A stretch of 39,975 bases of DNA from a virus. Taxonomy: Duplodnaviria > Caudoviricetes. Shown here piece by piece: positions 1 through 8,865 of the stretch. Position numbers and translations under genes: made by a program. The notes beneath the pieces were generated by a model. That model was not told the DNA's origin, searched no databases, and worked only from the letters and a program-made list of their open reading frames with translations. The first letter of the stretch is position 1; each line of letters opens with the position of its first letter. Where the stretch lies: IMG/VR virus record IMGVR_UViG_3300023081_001712, positions 1-39,975 of that record. One strand, 5' to 3'.

Positions 1-1
1 C

Positions 2-253
2 GCATTAGATGTATTAGGCGGCGATATGGAAATGGAACCAGAAGAAGAAAAAGAGTTAAACACAAATCAAACTATTCGTCAAGGTTCACGTGGTCCACTA
101 GTACAAGAAGTACAAGAGATATTGGGTATCGAGCCAGCTGATGGTATTTTTGGTCCAGGTACTGCAAGACAAGTTAAAGAATGGCAAGCAGCAAACGGTC
201 TAGTAGCAGATGGTATTGTAGGACCAAATACACTGGGAAAGTTATTAGGGTAG
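2..253 (+). CDS. Endolysin C-terminus with peptidoglycan-binding domain (5' partial)
   Basis: The frame is open from base 2 (ALDVLGGDMEME...). The motif IRQGSRGPLVQEVQ...ADGIFGPGT...WQAANGLVADGIVGPNT is a typical PG_binding_1 domain. It sits at the head of the lysis cassette. Confidence 0.85.
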   Translation, partial: ALDVLGGDMEMEPEEEKELNTNQTIRQGSRGPLVQEVQEILGIEPADGIFGPGTARQVKEWQAANGLVADGIVGPNTLGKLLG

Positions 254-264
254 GTGGTTTAGGT

Positions 265-753
265 ATGGGCATGAAACTTGCAGGAGTAATGTTTTTGATA
301 ATGTGTGCTATGGGTGGCATAGGTTATTGGTATTATAATGACACGCAGCAACGCATGGCCATACTACAAGAAAACAACGCTAAACTAGAAATAGCAGTAG
401 CAACCAACGAAGAAGCATTAGAAAGTCTACAAGCAGATTACGCATCTGCACAAAACGAAATAGCAAGTCTAAATGATGCATACACTGCTATTCGTAGACA
501 AAATCAAAGACTAGCTGATAAATTACAAGAGATAGATTTAACAGCAGCAGCTATAGCAAATGCCGAAGGTATTGAACGTGCAGTAAATAGAGGTTCGGAA
601 AATGCTGGTAGATGTTTTGAACTTCTATCGGGGGCAGAACTAACTGAAAAAGAAAGGACAGCAGAAAATGACATCGCTTTTAATAAAGAGTGTCCTTGGC
701 TTTACGATGATTATAAGTCTCGCGGCCTGCTCAACCAAACCCCAGCAGATTGA
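265..753 (+). CDS. Inner-membrane spanin (Rz-like)
   Basis: N-terminal TM helix (LAGVMFLIMCAMGGIGYWYY), long coiled coil and C-terminal Cys residues. It overlaps a lipoprotein gene. Start moved to ATG 265, after AGGTGG. Confidence 0.7.
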   Translation: MGMKLAGVMFLIMCAMGGIGYWYYNDTQQRMAILQENNAKLEIAVATNEEALESLQADYASAQNEIASLNDAYTAIRRQNQRLADKLQEIDLTAAAIANAEGIERAVNRGSENAGRCFELLSGAELTEKERTAENDIAFNKECPWLYDDYKSRGLLNQTPAD

Positions 754-1057
754 GGTTAGTGCAAAACCAATAGAAAAACCAACATTAACACTACCTCCTG
801 TTGATGAACTCAACATGAGAAAAGTAGAATGGATTGTTATCAATGAAGCTAATGTAGAAGCTGTTATTGCTAAACTAAAATCTGAAGGCAAAGCATTTGC
901 ACTATATGGATTAACAGGCGATGGCTATGGGAACTTAGGTTTAAACTTTTCAGACATCCGTGCACTAGTGCAGCAACAGCAAGCAATCATAGCAGCATAC
1001 GAAGGCTATTATCAAGCAGCAGAAGAAGCAATGGAAGGTGCTGTGATAAACGAATAA
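668..1057 (+). CDS. Outer-membrane lipoprotein spanin (Rz1-like)
   Basis: Signal peptide with lipobox SLAA-C followed by a Pro-containing segment. Overlaps the 3' end of the i-spanin in another frame. Confidence 0.72.
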   Translation: MTSLLIKSVLGFTMIISLAACSTKPQQIEVSAKPIEKPTLTLPPVDELNMRKVEWIVINEANVEAVIAKLKSEGKAFALYGLTGDGYGNLGLNFSDIRALVQQQQAIIAAYEGYYQAAEEAMEGAVINE

Positions 1058-1060
1058 ATA
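1055..1060 (+). promoter_or_regulatory. T4-late-like promoter box (ATAAATA)
   Basis: TAAATA at the gene junction, upstream of SD GAGGG and ATG 1082. Confidence 0.5.
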
Positions 1061-1081
1061 CGCATATATAGAGGGCAAACA

Positions 1082-1384
1082 ATGTGGGAAATGATAGATA
1101 GAATGTTTGGTGATACACTGTGGATTTACACAGCGATTGCCGGATCGTTGCTAGGGGCAGCATTCTTAGCGTGGTTTAGAAACACACACGCAGCACTTTA
1201 CTTAATGTCAAAGTTTGATGCTCTACTAGATTATCTAGTAGATCGTTTTGGATGGGACTGGTTACAGGACGATCCAGAGGCTTGGCGCAAACGGTATCCA
1301 AAAGTAACTAAAAAGATTGACGACCTTGAAAGTCGTTTACAAAAAATAGAGGGCAAAATAAATGATAACGGAGATGAACTTTAA
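1082..1384 (+). CDS. Small membrane protein (holin/antiholin candidate)
   Basis: One TM helix (LWIYTAIAGSLLGAAFLAWF), charged C-terminal coiled coil and lysis-cassette context. Confidence 0.5.
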   Translation: MWEMIDRMFGDTLWIYTAIAGSLLGAAFLAWFRNTHAALYLMSKFDALLDYLVDRFGWDWLQDDPEAWRKRYPKVTKKIDDLESRLQKIEGKINDNGDEL

Positions 1385-2123
1385 GGAGCGTAGTCTCCTT
1401 TTTGCTAACTTGGCAAGCATAGCATACAGTGACGATGTAGAAGAAGTTAAAAAAGCAGTGCGCAAACTGGGCTTTACAACAGTAGAGTTTTACAACAGAG
1501 ATGGCGCACAAGCATATCGCTTTATGAACAAAACAGATTTGGTCATAGCGTGTCGTGGTACACAACCATCAGAGTTTAATGATATCAAAGCAGACTTAAA
1601 TGCTGTTCCTGTTATTGCAGAAACAGTTAGTCGTGTACACAAAGGTTTCAAAGCAGAAGTAGACGAACTTTGGCCAATGGTGTTGGAAGACATTGATCGT
1701 AAGGCAAACGCAGGCAAAAAACTTTGGTTCTGTGGACACAGCCTAGGTGCTGCAATGGCAACTATTATGGCAAGCAGGTGTCACTTGTATGAAGATATTG
1801 ATCCTGTACAAGAACTTTACACATATGGTTCACCGAGAGTAGGCTGGAATGGTTACTGCAAAAGCCTAGGTGTTACACATCACCGTTGGGTCAATAACAA
1901 TGATATAGTAACACGAGTACCACTAGCAGCAATGGGTTACAAACATCATGGCACTGAGCATTATATGAATGCATATGGTAAATACCGTAAGTTAACAACA
2001 TGGCAACGCATAAAAGATCGTTGGCGTGGAATGTGGATGGGCATTAAACAGGGCAAGATCGACAACTTTGGAGATCATTCAATGACCGAATATATTGCCA
2101 ACTTGGAAAAAATGGAGGGCTAA
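1362..2123 (+). CDS. Class-3 lipase (alpha/beta hydrolase)
   Basis: IACRGT, VHKGF, GHSLGAAMA nucleophile elbow, YTYGSPRVG, NNNDIVTRVP and C-terminal DH-M--Y. Confidence 0.92.
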   Translation: MITEMNFKERSLLFANLASIAYSDDVEEVKKAVRKLGFTTVEFYNRDGAQAYRFMNKTDLVIACRGTQPSEFNDIKADLNAVPVIAETVSRVHKGFKAEVDELWPMVLEDIDRKANAGKKLWFCGHSLGAAMATIMASRCHLYEDIDPVQELYTYGSPRVGWNGYCKSLGVTHHRWVNNNDIVTRVPLAAMGYKHHGTEHYMNAYGKYRKLTTWQRIKDRWRGMWMGIKQGKIDNFGDHSMTEYIANLEKMEG

Positions 2124-2124
2124 C

Positions 2125-2589
2125 ATGCCAAGGAAAAAGCCAGAAGATTTAAAAAGCAGTGGAGCAGCACCGGAACCTAAGCCAGCAGCAACACCTGCAC
2201 CAACACCGACACCAGCACCTGCTCCTGCTCCTGCGCCAGTTGCAGCAGCACCGGCACCGCAACCTGTAAGTGGATATCATCCTGCAGACCTAAACGGTGA
2301 CGGACATGTAGATGCTGAAGAAAAAGCAATGGAACTAGAGTTTCGTCGCAAGATGCTAGAAGACCAAGATGCAATGCGTGATGCACAACGCAGCATGGCT
2401 TGGTTTGCATTAGGGGGAATGTTGCTATATCCATTCAGTGTTGTACTTGCAGTTTGGTTAAGTTTAGATCAAGCAGCAGATGTATTGGGCAGTATGGCAG
2501 CAACATACTTTGTTTCAGTTGCAGCTATTGTAGCAGCGTTCTTTGGTGGACAAGCATACACGCAGTCAAGTTCAAACAAAAAGCGGTAG
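2125..2589 (+). CDS. Two-TM membrane protein with Pro/Ala linker and EF-hand-like loop (holin candidate)
   Basis: SD GGAGGG then ATG 2125. Contains a PAPTPTPAPAP linker, a DLNGDGHVDAEE loop and two C-terminal hydrophobic helices. Confidence 0.6.
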   Translation: MPRKKPEDLKSSGAAPEPKPAATPAPTPTPAPAPAPAPVAAAPAPQPVSGYHPADLNGDGHVDAEEKAMELEFRRKMLEDQDAMRDAQRSMAWFALGGMLLYPFSVVLAVWLSLDQAADVLGSMAATYFVSVAAIVAAFFGGQAYTQSSSNKKR

Positions 2590-2593
2590 GGCC

Positions 2594-2599
2594 TAAATA
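2594..2599 (+). promoter_or_regulatory. TAAATA late-promoter-like box, 9 nt before dnaJ ATG
   Basis: cTAAATAagtaatagtATG, with no SD between the box and the ATG. Confidence 0.5.
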
Positions 2600-2608
2600 A
2601 GTAATAGT

Positions 2609-3403
2609 ATGGACTATTACAGCAGGTTAGGCGTGAACAAATCGGCATCGCCAGAGGAACTCAAAAGAGCATACAAAAAACTGGCGATGCAACATCATCC
2701 AGATCGTGGTGGTGATCAAAAAACTTTCCAAGAAATCAACGAAGCATACGATACATTAAAGGATCCTGCTAAACGTCAGCAGTATGATGCTCCTAAACAA
2801 ACATCATATTCTAACAGACAAGAAATGAATATGAATGATTTTTTTAACATGTTTGGTCAGAGAAGTGTTAAAAACGCAGATGTCAAAGTTAGAATAAATC
2901 TCACACTTGAAGAAGTTATGCAAGGAAAAGATCTTATTGCATCATATAGGTTGAGAAACGGACAACAGATTGATGCTAATATTCGAATACACGCTGGTGT
3001 AGAAGATGGAGAAGTAATAAGATATGGTGGACTAGGAGATAATGCCTACACTCAACTTCCTAGAGGAGATTTGCTAGTCCAGGTAAGAACAATGTCACAC
3101 CGACATTTTAAACGTGAAGGAGCACATTTACATACTACGGCTGATGTAAACATATTTGATTTGATATTAGGCACCGAGATTGTAATAGAAAAATTGACAG
3201 GCGGTCCATTAAATGTTAAAATACCTAAAGGAACTGATCCCGGAACAGTGTTAAGTGTACACGGATATGGATTGCCAAGTAACCGTAGAGGACGTCCTGG
3301 AAATCTATATGTAAAAATAAAAGCAAAAACACCAAAGATTGTTAATCAAAGTATATTAGAGAAGGTAAAAGACTTAAATGATGAAATTGATAGAAGCACC
3401 TAA
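2609..3403 (+). CDS. dnaJ: DnaJ-class co-chaperone (CbpA-like, no Zn finger)
   Basis: J-domain (DYY..LGV...AYKKLAMQHHPD...F.EINEAY) and DnaJ C-terminal domain (GDLLV, IPKGT, GNLYV). Confidence 0.93.
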   Translation: MDYYSRLGVNKSASPEELKRAYKKLAMQHHPDRGGDQKTFQEINEAYDTLKDPAKRQQYDAPKQTSYSNRQEMNMNDFFNMFGQRSVKNADVKVRINLTLEEVMQGKDLIASYRLRNGQQIDANIRIHAGVEDGEVIRYGGLGDNAYTQLPRGDLLVQVRTMSHRHFKREGAHLHTTADVNIFDLILGTEIVIEKLTGGPLNVKIPKGTDPGTVLSVHGYGLPSNRRGRPGNLYVKIKAKTPKIVNQSILEKVKDLNDEIDRST

Positions 3404-3902
3404 CTTAATGTTAGAAACTGCTGTTGACAAGTTTCCTATTGATATAATGCATCCTGCTCCTGTAGCATTAGACATGATTGATGTAATGAATAAAGAAAAT
3501 GGTATAGGATTAAGTGCCAATCAGGTTGGATTTAATGGTCAAATATTTGTTATGAAAGCAAAACATAACTTGCGTAATGGAAGTCCATTGGTTGTAATCA
3601 ATCCTGTCATCAGGGGACTAAGTCAAGAAAAGGAAGCGCACGAAGAAGGTTGTCTTAGTCATCCAGGATTGTATTTAAAAGTAAGACGTCCAATAAGTTG
3701 TATGGTTGACTTTCAAACCTTGACAAGTGACTTTAAAAATGTTATAACTGTAAGTGAGAAGTTTGATGACATTGATGCAAGAGTATTTCTACATGAATAT
3801 GATCACCTTCACGGTATTCAGTTTATTGACAGAGTTTCAAAACTTAAATACGATATGGCCGAAAAACGGAGAGTTAAAAGGATGAAGAATGGTAGAACCT
3901 AG
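3378..3902 (+). CDS. def: Peptide deformylase
   Basis: All three PDF motifs are present: GIGLSANQVG, EGCLS and HEYDHLHG. Confidence 0.95.
   Translation: MMKLIEAPNLMLETAVDKFPIDIMHPAPVALDMIDVMNKENGIGLSANQVGFNGQIFVMKAKHNLRNGSPLVVINPVIRGLSQEKEAHEEGCLSHPGLYLKVRRPISCMVDFQTLTSDFKNVITVSEKFDDIDARVFLHEYDHLHGIQFIDRVSKLKYDMAEKRRVKRMKNGRT
3720..3748 (+). promoter_or_regulatory. Sigma70-type promoter inside def, upstream of clpA
   Basis: TTGACA-17 nt-TATAAC with a TG extended -10. Confidence 0.55.
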
Positions 3903-6132
3903 CGAAGCATTACAAGCAGTTTTTGATAAAGCAGTAAATGATGCAAAAAAACTAAAACACGAGTATGTAACTTTAGAACATTTGTTGTTTGCAATACTTT
4001 GTGAAGACAAGTTTTCAGAACTCATGGAAGAGTTTGGAACTGATATTTCTGTTATGAAAAAGGTATTAGAAACATATTTACGTGACAAATGCGACGATAT
4101 TAAAACCGAAGAACCAAAATATAAACCTAAAAAAACACAGTCTGTTGAAAGAATGTTAAACAGAGCATTTGCTCAAGTATTATTTCAAGGAAGAAATGAA
4201 ATTGATACTCCAGACGTATTTGTAAGCATTTTATCAGAAAAGCGTAGTTATGCATATTTTGTGACTCAGCAAAATCAAATCAACAAAGAGCAGTTTGTCA
4301 AGTTTTTACAAACGCATTATGGTAATGAGATTGATGATCTAGATCAAGAACCAGAAAATACAGGTACAGCTAATAAAGCACTCAAAGCATTTACTAGCGA
4401 CTTAAATGAGCAAGTAAAACAAGGCAAGATTGATCCTGTGATTGGACGCTCGGATGAAATAGAACAGGTTTCCCTAGCACTGGCACGGCGACAAAAAAGC
4501 AATGTGCTAATGGTGGGTGATCCAGGTGTAGGTAAAACTGCTATTGCAGAAGGACTTGCTTGGAAGATTGTTAACGGACAAGTACCAGAGTTTTTAAAAG
4601 AATACAATGTTTATGCACTAGATATTGGTAGTATGCTTGCTGGTTCAAAATATCGCGGCGACTTTGAAGAACGTTTTAAAATGGTATTAGCAGCACTACA
4701 GAAAAAAGGCAAGACAATCATGTTTATTGACGAAGCACACATGATTAGTGGTGCTGGTGCAGGTGGTTCTAATAGTTCTAACGATTTAGCAAATATGCTT
4801 AAACCTGCATTAGCTAAAGGAAATATTAAAGTAGTGGCCTCAACCACTTGGGAAGAATATCGCAAGTTCTTTGAAAAAGATCGTGCACTTATGCGTAGAT
4901 TCCAACGTGTAGGTATTGACGAACCAAGTTCCGAAACAACTATTGAAATCTTGCAAGGTATCAAACAATATTATGAAGACTATCACGATACAGTTATTAC
5001 AGATCAAGCTATCGAAGAAGCTGTAAGACTTAGTGTAAAGTACCAAGCAGATAAAAAACTTCCAGACAAGGCTATCGATTTGCTTGATGTGGCATGTGCT
5101 AGATATAAAGTAAGAGATATCACAGATAATAAAGTTGTTACCGAAACTGAAATCATGTTTGAACTTGCAAAAATGGTTAAGATACCTGAAGAGACAGTTG
5201 CTGAACGTGAAACAGAGAGTCTTGCACACTTAGAAGAAAATATGAAAAAGAGTGTATATGGTCAAGACGAGGCTATTGAAAGCATTGTTGATAAGATTCT
5301 TGTAGCACAAGCAGGATTAAAGCCTGAAAACAAGCCTATTGGAAGTTTTGTGTTTATGGGTCCAACAGGTACAGGTAAAACTGAAACTGCAAAGCAACTT
5401 GCACATCATTTGGGTGTAGAACTAGTCCGTTTTGATATGAGTGAGTTTCAAGAAAAACATAGTGTTAGTAAGTTTATTGGTGCACCTCCGGGATATGTAG
5501 GTTTTGAAGATGATGCAGGTCAGCTGATTATCAAACTACAAGAAAATCCTAACTGTGTATTATTGCTAGACGAAATCGAAAAGGCACACCCAGATGTAAG
5601 TAATGTTTTACTACAACTTATGGATAACGGAATGATTACAGGTTCCAATGGTAAAGAAGCAGATGCTAGAAATGTGGTATTGATCTTAACTACAAACTTA
5701 GGTGCACAAGAAGCAGAGACTAATGCTATTGGTTTTGGTGAAAGTATGGAAAAAGAATACGAAGACACAAGCCTTAAAAAGTATTTTTCACCAGAGTTTA
5801 GAAATAGACTAGATGGTACTATTACATTTGCAAAACTGGGTAAACCTGTTATGTTAAAAATTGTAGGCAAGTTTCTAAAAGAACTAAAAGATCAAGTCGT
5901 AGATAAAGGTGTTAACATTGAGGTTAGTGACGAAGCACTTGACTGGCTAGTTGACAAAGGTTTTAATCCTAAAATGGGTGCCCGTCCACTACAAAGAGTC
6001 ATTGATGAAAAAATCAAACGTCCACTGTCAAGACAGTTGTTGTTTGGTGATTTAAAAGACGGCGGTTATGTACGTATTGACATTGTAGATGAAGAAATTT
6101 CTCTTGTGAATAAGGAAACAACCAATGCCTGA
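3889..6132 (+). CDS. clpA: ATP-dependent Clp protease ATP-binding subunit ClpA
   Basis: Clp N domain (HEYVTLEHLL) and two AAA+ modules (GDPGVGKT/FIDEAH; GPTGTGKT/LLDEIEKAHP). Has an IGF ClpP-docking loop and GARPL, and lacks the ClpB middle domain. Confidence 0.95.
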   Translation: MVEPSEALQAVFDKAVNDAKKLKHEYVTLEHLLFAILCEDKFSELMEEFGTDISVMKKVLETYLRDKCDDIKTEEPKYKPKKTQSVERMLNRAFAQVLFQGRNEIDTPDVFVSILSEKRSYAYFVTQQNQINKEQFVKFLQTHYGNEIDDLDQEPENTGTANKALKAFTSDLNEQVKQGKIDPVIGRSDEIEQVSLALARRQKSNVLMVGDPGVGKTAIAEGLAWKIVNGQVPEFLKEYNVYALDIGSMLAGSKYRGDFEERFKMVLAALQKKGKTIMFIDEAHMISGAGAGGSNSSNDLANMLKPALAKGNIKVVASTTWEEYRKFFEKDRALMRRFQRVGIDEPSSETTIEILQGIKQYYEDYHDTVITDQAIEEAVRLSVKYQADKKLPDKAIDLLDVACARYKVRDITDNKVVTETEIMFELAKMVKIPEETVAERETESLAHLEENMKKSVYGQDEAIESIVDKILVAQAGLKPENKPIGSFVFMGPTGTGKTETAKQLAHHLGVELVRFDMSEFQEKHSVSKFIGAPPGYVGFEDDAGQLIIKLQENPNCVLLLDEIEKAHPDVSNVLLQLMDNGMITGSNGKEADARNVVLILTTNLGAQEAETNAIGFGESMEKEYEDTSLKKYFSPEFRNRLDGTITFAKLGKPVMLKIVGKFLKELKDQVVDKGVNIEVSDEALDWLVDKGFNPKMGARPLQRVIDEKIKRPLSRQLLFGDLKDGGYVRIDIVDEEISLVNKETTNA

Positions 6133-6805
6133 AACAAAGAAACTGCATTACAACAAATATCTTTATAAAATGCAGTTTCGCAACTCATTAGCAGGTATTT
6201 TTCGCACTGAATGGCAGCGTAAAGGAAATCTAAGTTACGCTGCTACAAAACTCAATGAGTATAAAACACAACTTAAAACGGATACTATTATAACAAAAAC
6301 AAGATGGGGAAATCCAGAGATAGTACCCATCGAAGACTATCACGATGCTAATAAACTATATAGACTCTTAAAACAGAATAAAGATTATATGATAAGATGT
6401 GAATACAACACACTTAACCTTTATTCAAATGATTTAAATATGTTAAAAGATATAAGTAAAAAAATACACAACAAGTGTGATATATGGGAACCAAAAGTTG
6501 AAAATATTCATTTCCTTTTAACTAACGCAAATGTTATTTTAGTTGACGAAAAACCAGAGTTAGAATATAAAGTTACATTTGGAAGAAAAAGAGGTAAACC
6601 AGAACTTGCTTCCTGGCTAAAAAAGAACACAGATAAAAGCAAAGCAGGTAAGATTTTTATTTCAAACTGTGAAAAAAATAGTTTTTTGCAAGGTCAATAC
6701 ATTTATGCAAAAGACGAAAAGGTAATACTGTTATTGCAAATGCTTGTAGGAGATAATATTGCCCGTATCGATAAACTAGTTTCAAAACAAAACATAGATA
6801 AATAG
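6125..6805 (+). CDS. Hypothetical phage protein
   Basis: 226-aa ORF overlapping the clpA stop; no motif recognised. Confidence 0.7.
   Translation: MPETKKLHYNKYLYKMQFRNSLAGIFRTEWQRKGNLSYAATKLNEYKTQLKTDTIITKTRWGNPEIVPIEDYHDANKLYRLLKQNKDYMIRCEYNTLNLYSNDLNMLKDISKKIHNKCDIWEPKVENIHFLLTNANVILVDEKPELEYKVTFGRKRGKPELASWLKKNTDKSKAGKIFISNCEKNSFLQGQYIYAKDEKVILLLQMLVGDNIARIDKLVSKQNIDK
6799..6804 (+). promoter_or_regulatory. ATAAATA late-promoter-like box heading the leader-bearing gene block
   Basis: Located at the gene junction, upstream of SD GAGGA and ATG 6832. Confidence 0.55.
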
Positions 6806-6831
6806 TTATATAAATCATTGCGAGGATTATT

Positions 6832-7398
6832 ATGGAATATTTTGCGAGAGTGGTTATGGAAAAGACCACAATAAACGAAAGTCTTGTTGAAAGTGCATTT
6901 GATAGTTATGACATTTTTGAAACAGAACAAGATGCTACAGTTATTCAAATACCACTTACAAGATTGTTAGATGAGGCAGAAGCAGACGAATATGCACAGC
7001 GTTTAGCCAACATGATGTTTGAAGCAGGTTATGAAGACTTTGACATTGAGATTTCTGCAGATGGCGATATTGCAGAAGACGAAATCACATACGAAGACGA
7101 CGACGAGTTTTTTGAAGACTATGGCGTGTTGTGGTTTAACGAAGATGACGACTTAGACGAAGCCGAGTACCAAGGACGTAAAGTTTCGCTAGGCAAGCCA
7201 ATGCAAGGTGACGTTAAAAAGTTCAAAGTATATGTAAAGAATCCCAAAGGCAATGTGGTTAAAGTAAACTTTGGCGATAAGAAAAGCAAAATCAAAAAAT
7301 CAAATCCAGCAAGACGCAGAAGTTTCCGTGCAAGACACAACTGTGATAATCCAGGGCCAAGACATAAGGCTCGTTACTGGTCATGCAGAAAGTGGTAA
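6832..7398 (+). CDS. Putative internal virion protein: acidic N-half, LDE|A site, basic Cys-containing C-domain
   Basis: About 110 D/E-rich residues, then AEYQGRKV...KKFKVYVKNPKGNVVKVNFGD...RHNC...YWSC. Confidence 0.6.
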   Translation: MEYFARVVMEKTTINESLVESAFDSYDIFETEQDATVIQIPLTRLLDEAEADEYAQRLANMMFEAGYEDFDIEISADGDIAEDEITYEDDDEFFEDYGVLWFNEDDDLDEAEYQGRKVSLGKPMQGDVKKFKVYVKNPKGNVVKVNFGDKKSKIKKSNPARRRSFRARHNCDNPGPRHKARYWSCRKW

Positions 7399-7399
7399 G

Positions 7400-7729
7400 A
7401 TGAAGATTGAAGATTTAAACTTAAAAATCGGTGACAAACTACCTTTCAATGTTGTAGAAGACATAGTAGTGTATATGAAAAATGATCCCGATTTTTATCG
7501 TAAAGAAGTATTTCCAAACTTAGGTGGTGTACAAGAAGCAGTATTATCTGGTGGTAAGTTTAATAAAAAGAATCTCCTACCTATGATAGAAAAAGCATGT
7601 GAATCATATGTGCAAAAATTTGATATTCCAAAAAGACCTGCTGATTTATTAAGCAGAGAAGAAAAAATGGAAGCTATTGGTATTTTACTTAAAGGTGAGG
7701 CAGACGCTTTCCGTAATAAGGAATACTAA
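7400..7729 (+). CDS. Hypothetical protein with MKIEDL leader
   Basis: ATG 7400 follows directly after the upstream stop, and its own stop overlaps the next ATG. Confidence 0.65.
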   Translation: MKIEDLNLKIGDKLPFNVVEDIVVYMKNDPDFYRKEVFPNLGGVQEAVLSGGKFNKKNLLPMIEKACESYVQKFDIPKRPADLLSREEKMEAIGILLKGEADAFRNKEY

Positions 7730-8865
7730 TGCGTTTTCAAGAGTTCAAAAATATCAACGAAGCAAAACAAATGGGTCGGGCTTTTAATCATTTAGAAGAC
7801 CTAGTGTTTTTCCACGGTGTCGAAGGAGCTCTCGAAGCAATAGAACATTTGCGTGACTTGGCTACACAAGAGGGTAGCAGCAGTATACGTATGAAATGGG
7901 ACGGCAATCCACAAATATATTGGGGTAGAGAAACAGCAGGTGGTCCACTAATACTTGGAGGACACAATCAATGGAGTCGCGGAGTTTTAGGTGACAGTCC
8001 TAAAGCAATACAAGACTTCATTATGAACAAAAGCGGAAATCCAAAAACGCCTGAAGAAAAGCAACAACGTGCAGAGTTTGCAAAACAGTTTGCAAGTATG
8101 TACGCAGACTTTGACAAAGCAACGCCAAAAGATTTTGTTGGGTTTGTTTATGGAGACGGACTATTTTTATCTCCGCCCGAGCTTAAAGACGGTGTATACA
8201 CATTCTGTCCAAATCCTAAATCTCAAACTTGTTATCATGTAAGAGCAGAAAGCGAACTAGGACAACGTATTGCAAAAGCAAAGATTATGGTTGTAGGACA
8301 TGCGGAGTTTCCAGAATGGGGCATGCCAGACAGTGCGCAACAACCTAAAAACGATTTCAGTGAGTTTGGTGGCAATCCAAGTGTTATTGTACTAGGACCA
8401 GTATACAATACAAAACCAGTAAAGGTTGATACAAAAAATCTAGACACAGTGTCAAGATTTGCAAAAGCAAACAGCAAACTAATCGATGGTTTCCTAGCAA
8501 GTGTACAAGGATTAAGCGATCTCAAAAATATTATATACACCTATGTAAACCAAACAGCAAAAGCCAAAAACTTGGATAACTTGGGTGTTGAAAACTTTTT
8601 TACTTGGTTAAGTAATAGTAAAGTAAGTAAACCCAAGCAGGCAAAAATCAACGAGTTAAATAGTAAATACAATAATGCATTAAACGCTATCTTTACATTA
8701 GTAAAGCAGATTCAAAATGCAAAAGACAATATTATAGATCAAGTAGAAGGCGAGCAAGGAGATATCTGGGATACCAACGGAGAAGGCAGAGTTCGTTATG
8801 CAGACAAAACCAAGAAGTTTGGTAATGTCAAACTTGTTCCAAGAAAAAGGTGGACACCGGGCTAA
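7729..8865 (+). CDS. KxDG nucleotidyltransferase (RNA/DNA ligase-fold) protein with capsid-targeting-like leader
   Basis: Leader MRFQEFKNINE|A, then NHLEDL, MKWDGNP (motif I-like), VYGDGLF (III-like), GEGRV (IV-like) and VKLV (V-like). Confidence 0.6.
   Translation: MRFQEFKNINEAKQMGRAFNHLEDLVFFHGVEGALEAIEHLRDLATQEGSSSIRMKWDGNPQIYWGRETAGGPLILGGHNQWSRGVLGDSPKAIQDFIMNKSGNPKTPEEKQQRAEFAKQFASMYADFDKATPKDFVGFVYGDGLFLSPPELKDGVYTFCPNPKSQTCYHVRAESELGQRIAKAKIMVVGHAEFPEWGMPDSAQQPKNDFSEFGGNPSVIVLGPVYNTKPVKVDTKNLDTVSRFAKANSKLIDGFLASVQGLSDLKNIIYTYVNQTAKAKNLDNLGVENFFTWLSNSKVSKPKQAKINELNSKYNNALNAIFTLVKQIQNAKDNIIDQVEGEQGDIWDTNGEGRVRYADKTKKFGNVKLVPRKRWTPG

Noticed and set aside
2160-2270. GCACC/GCTCCT short tandem repeats
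   Set aside because: They encode a Pro/Ala linker. There is no repeat-spacer structure, so this is not a CRISPR array or regulatory repeat.
3424-3448. TTGACA...TATAAT inside def
   Set aside because: The spacer is only 13 nt, incompatible with sigma70.
2609-6132. Bacterial chromosomal origin suggested by dnaJ/def/clpA/galE
   Set aside because: Spanins, a gp43-like polymerase, clamp, DsbA-like gene, late-promoter boxes and gene density indicate a phage.
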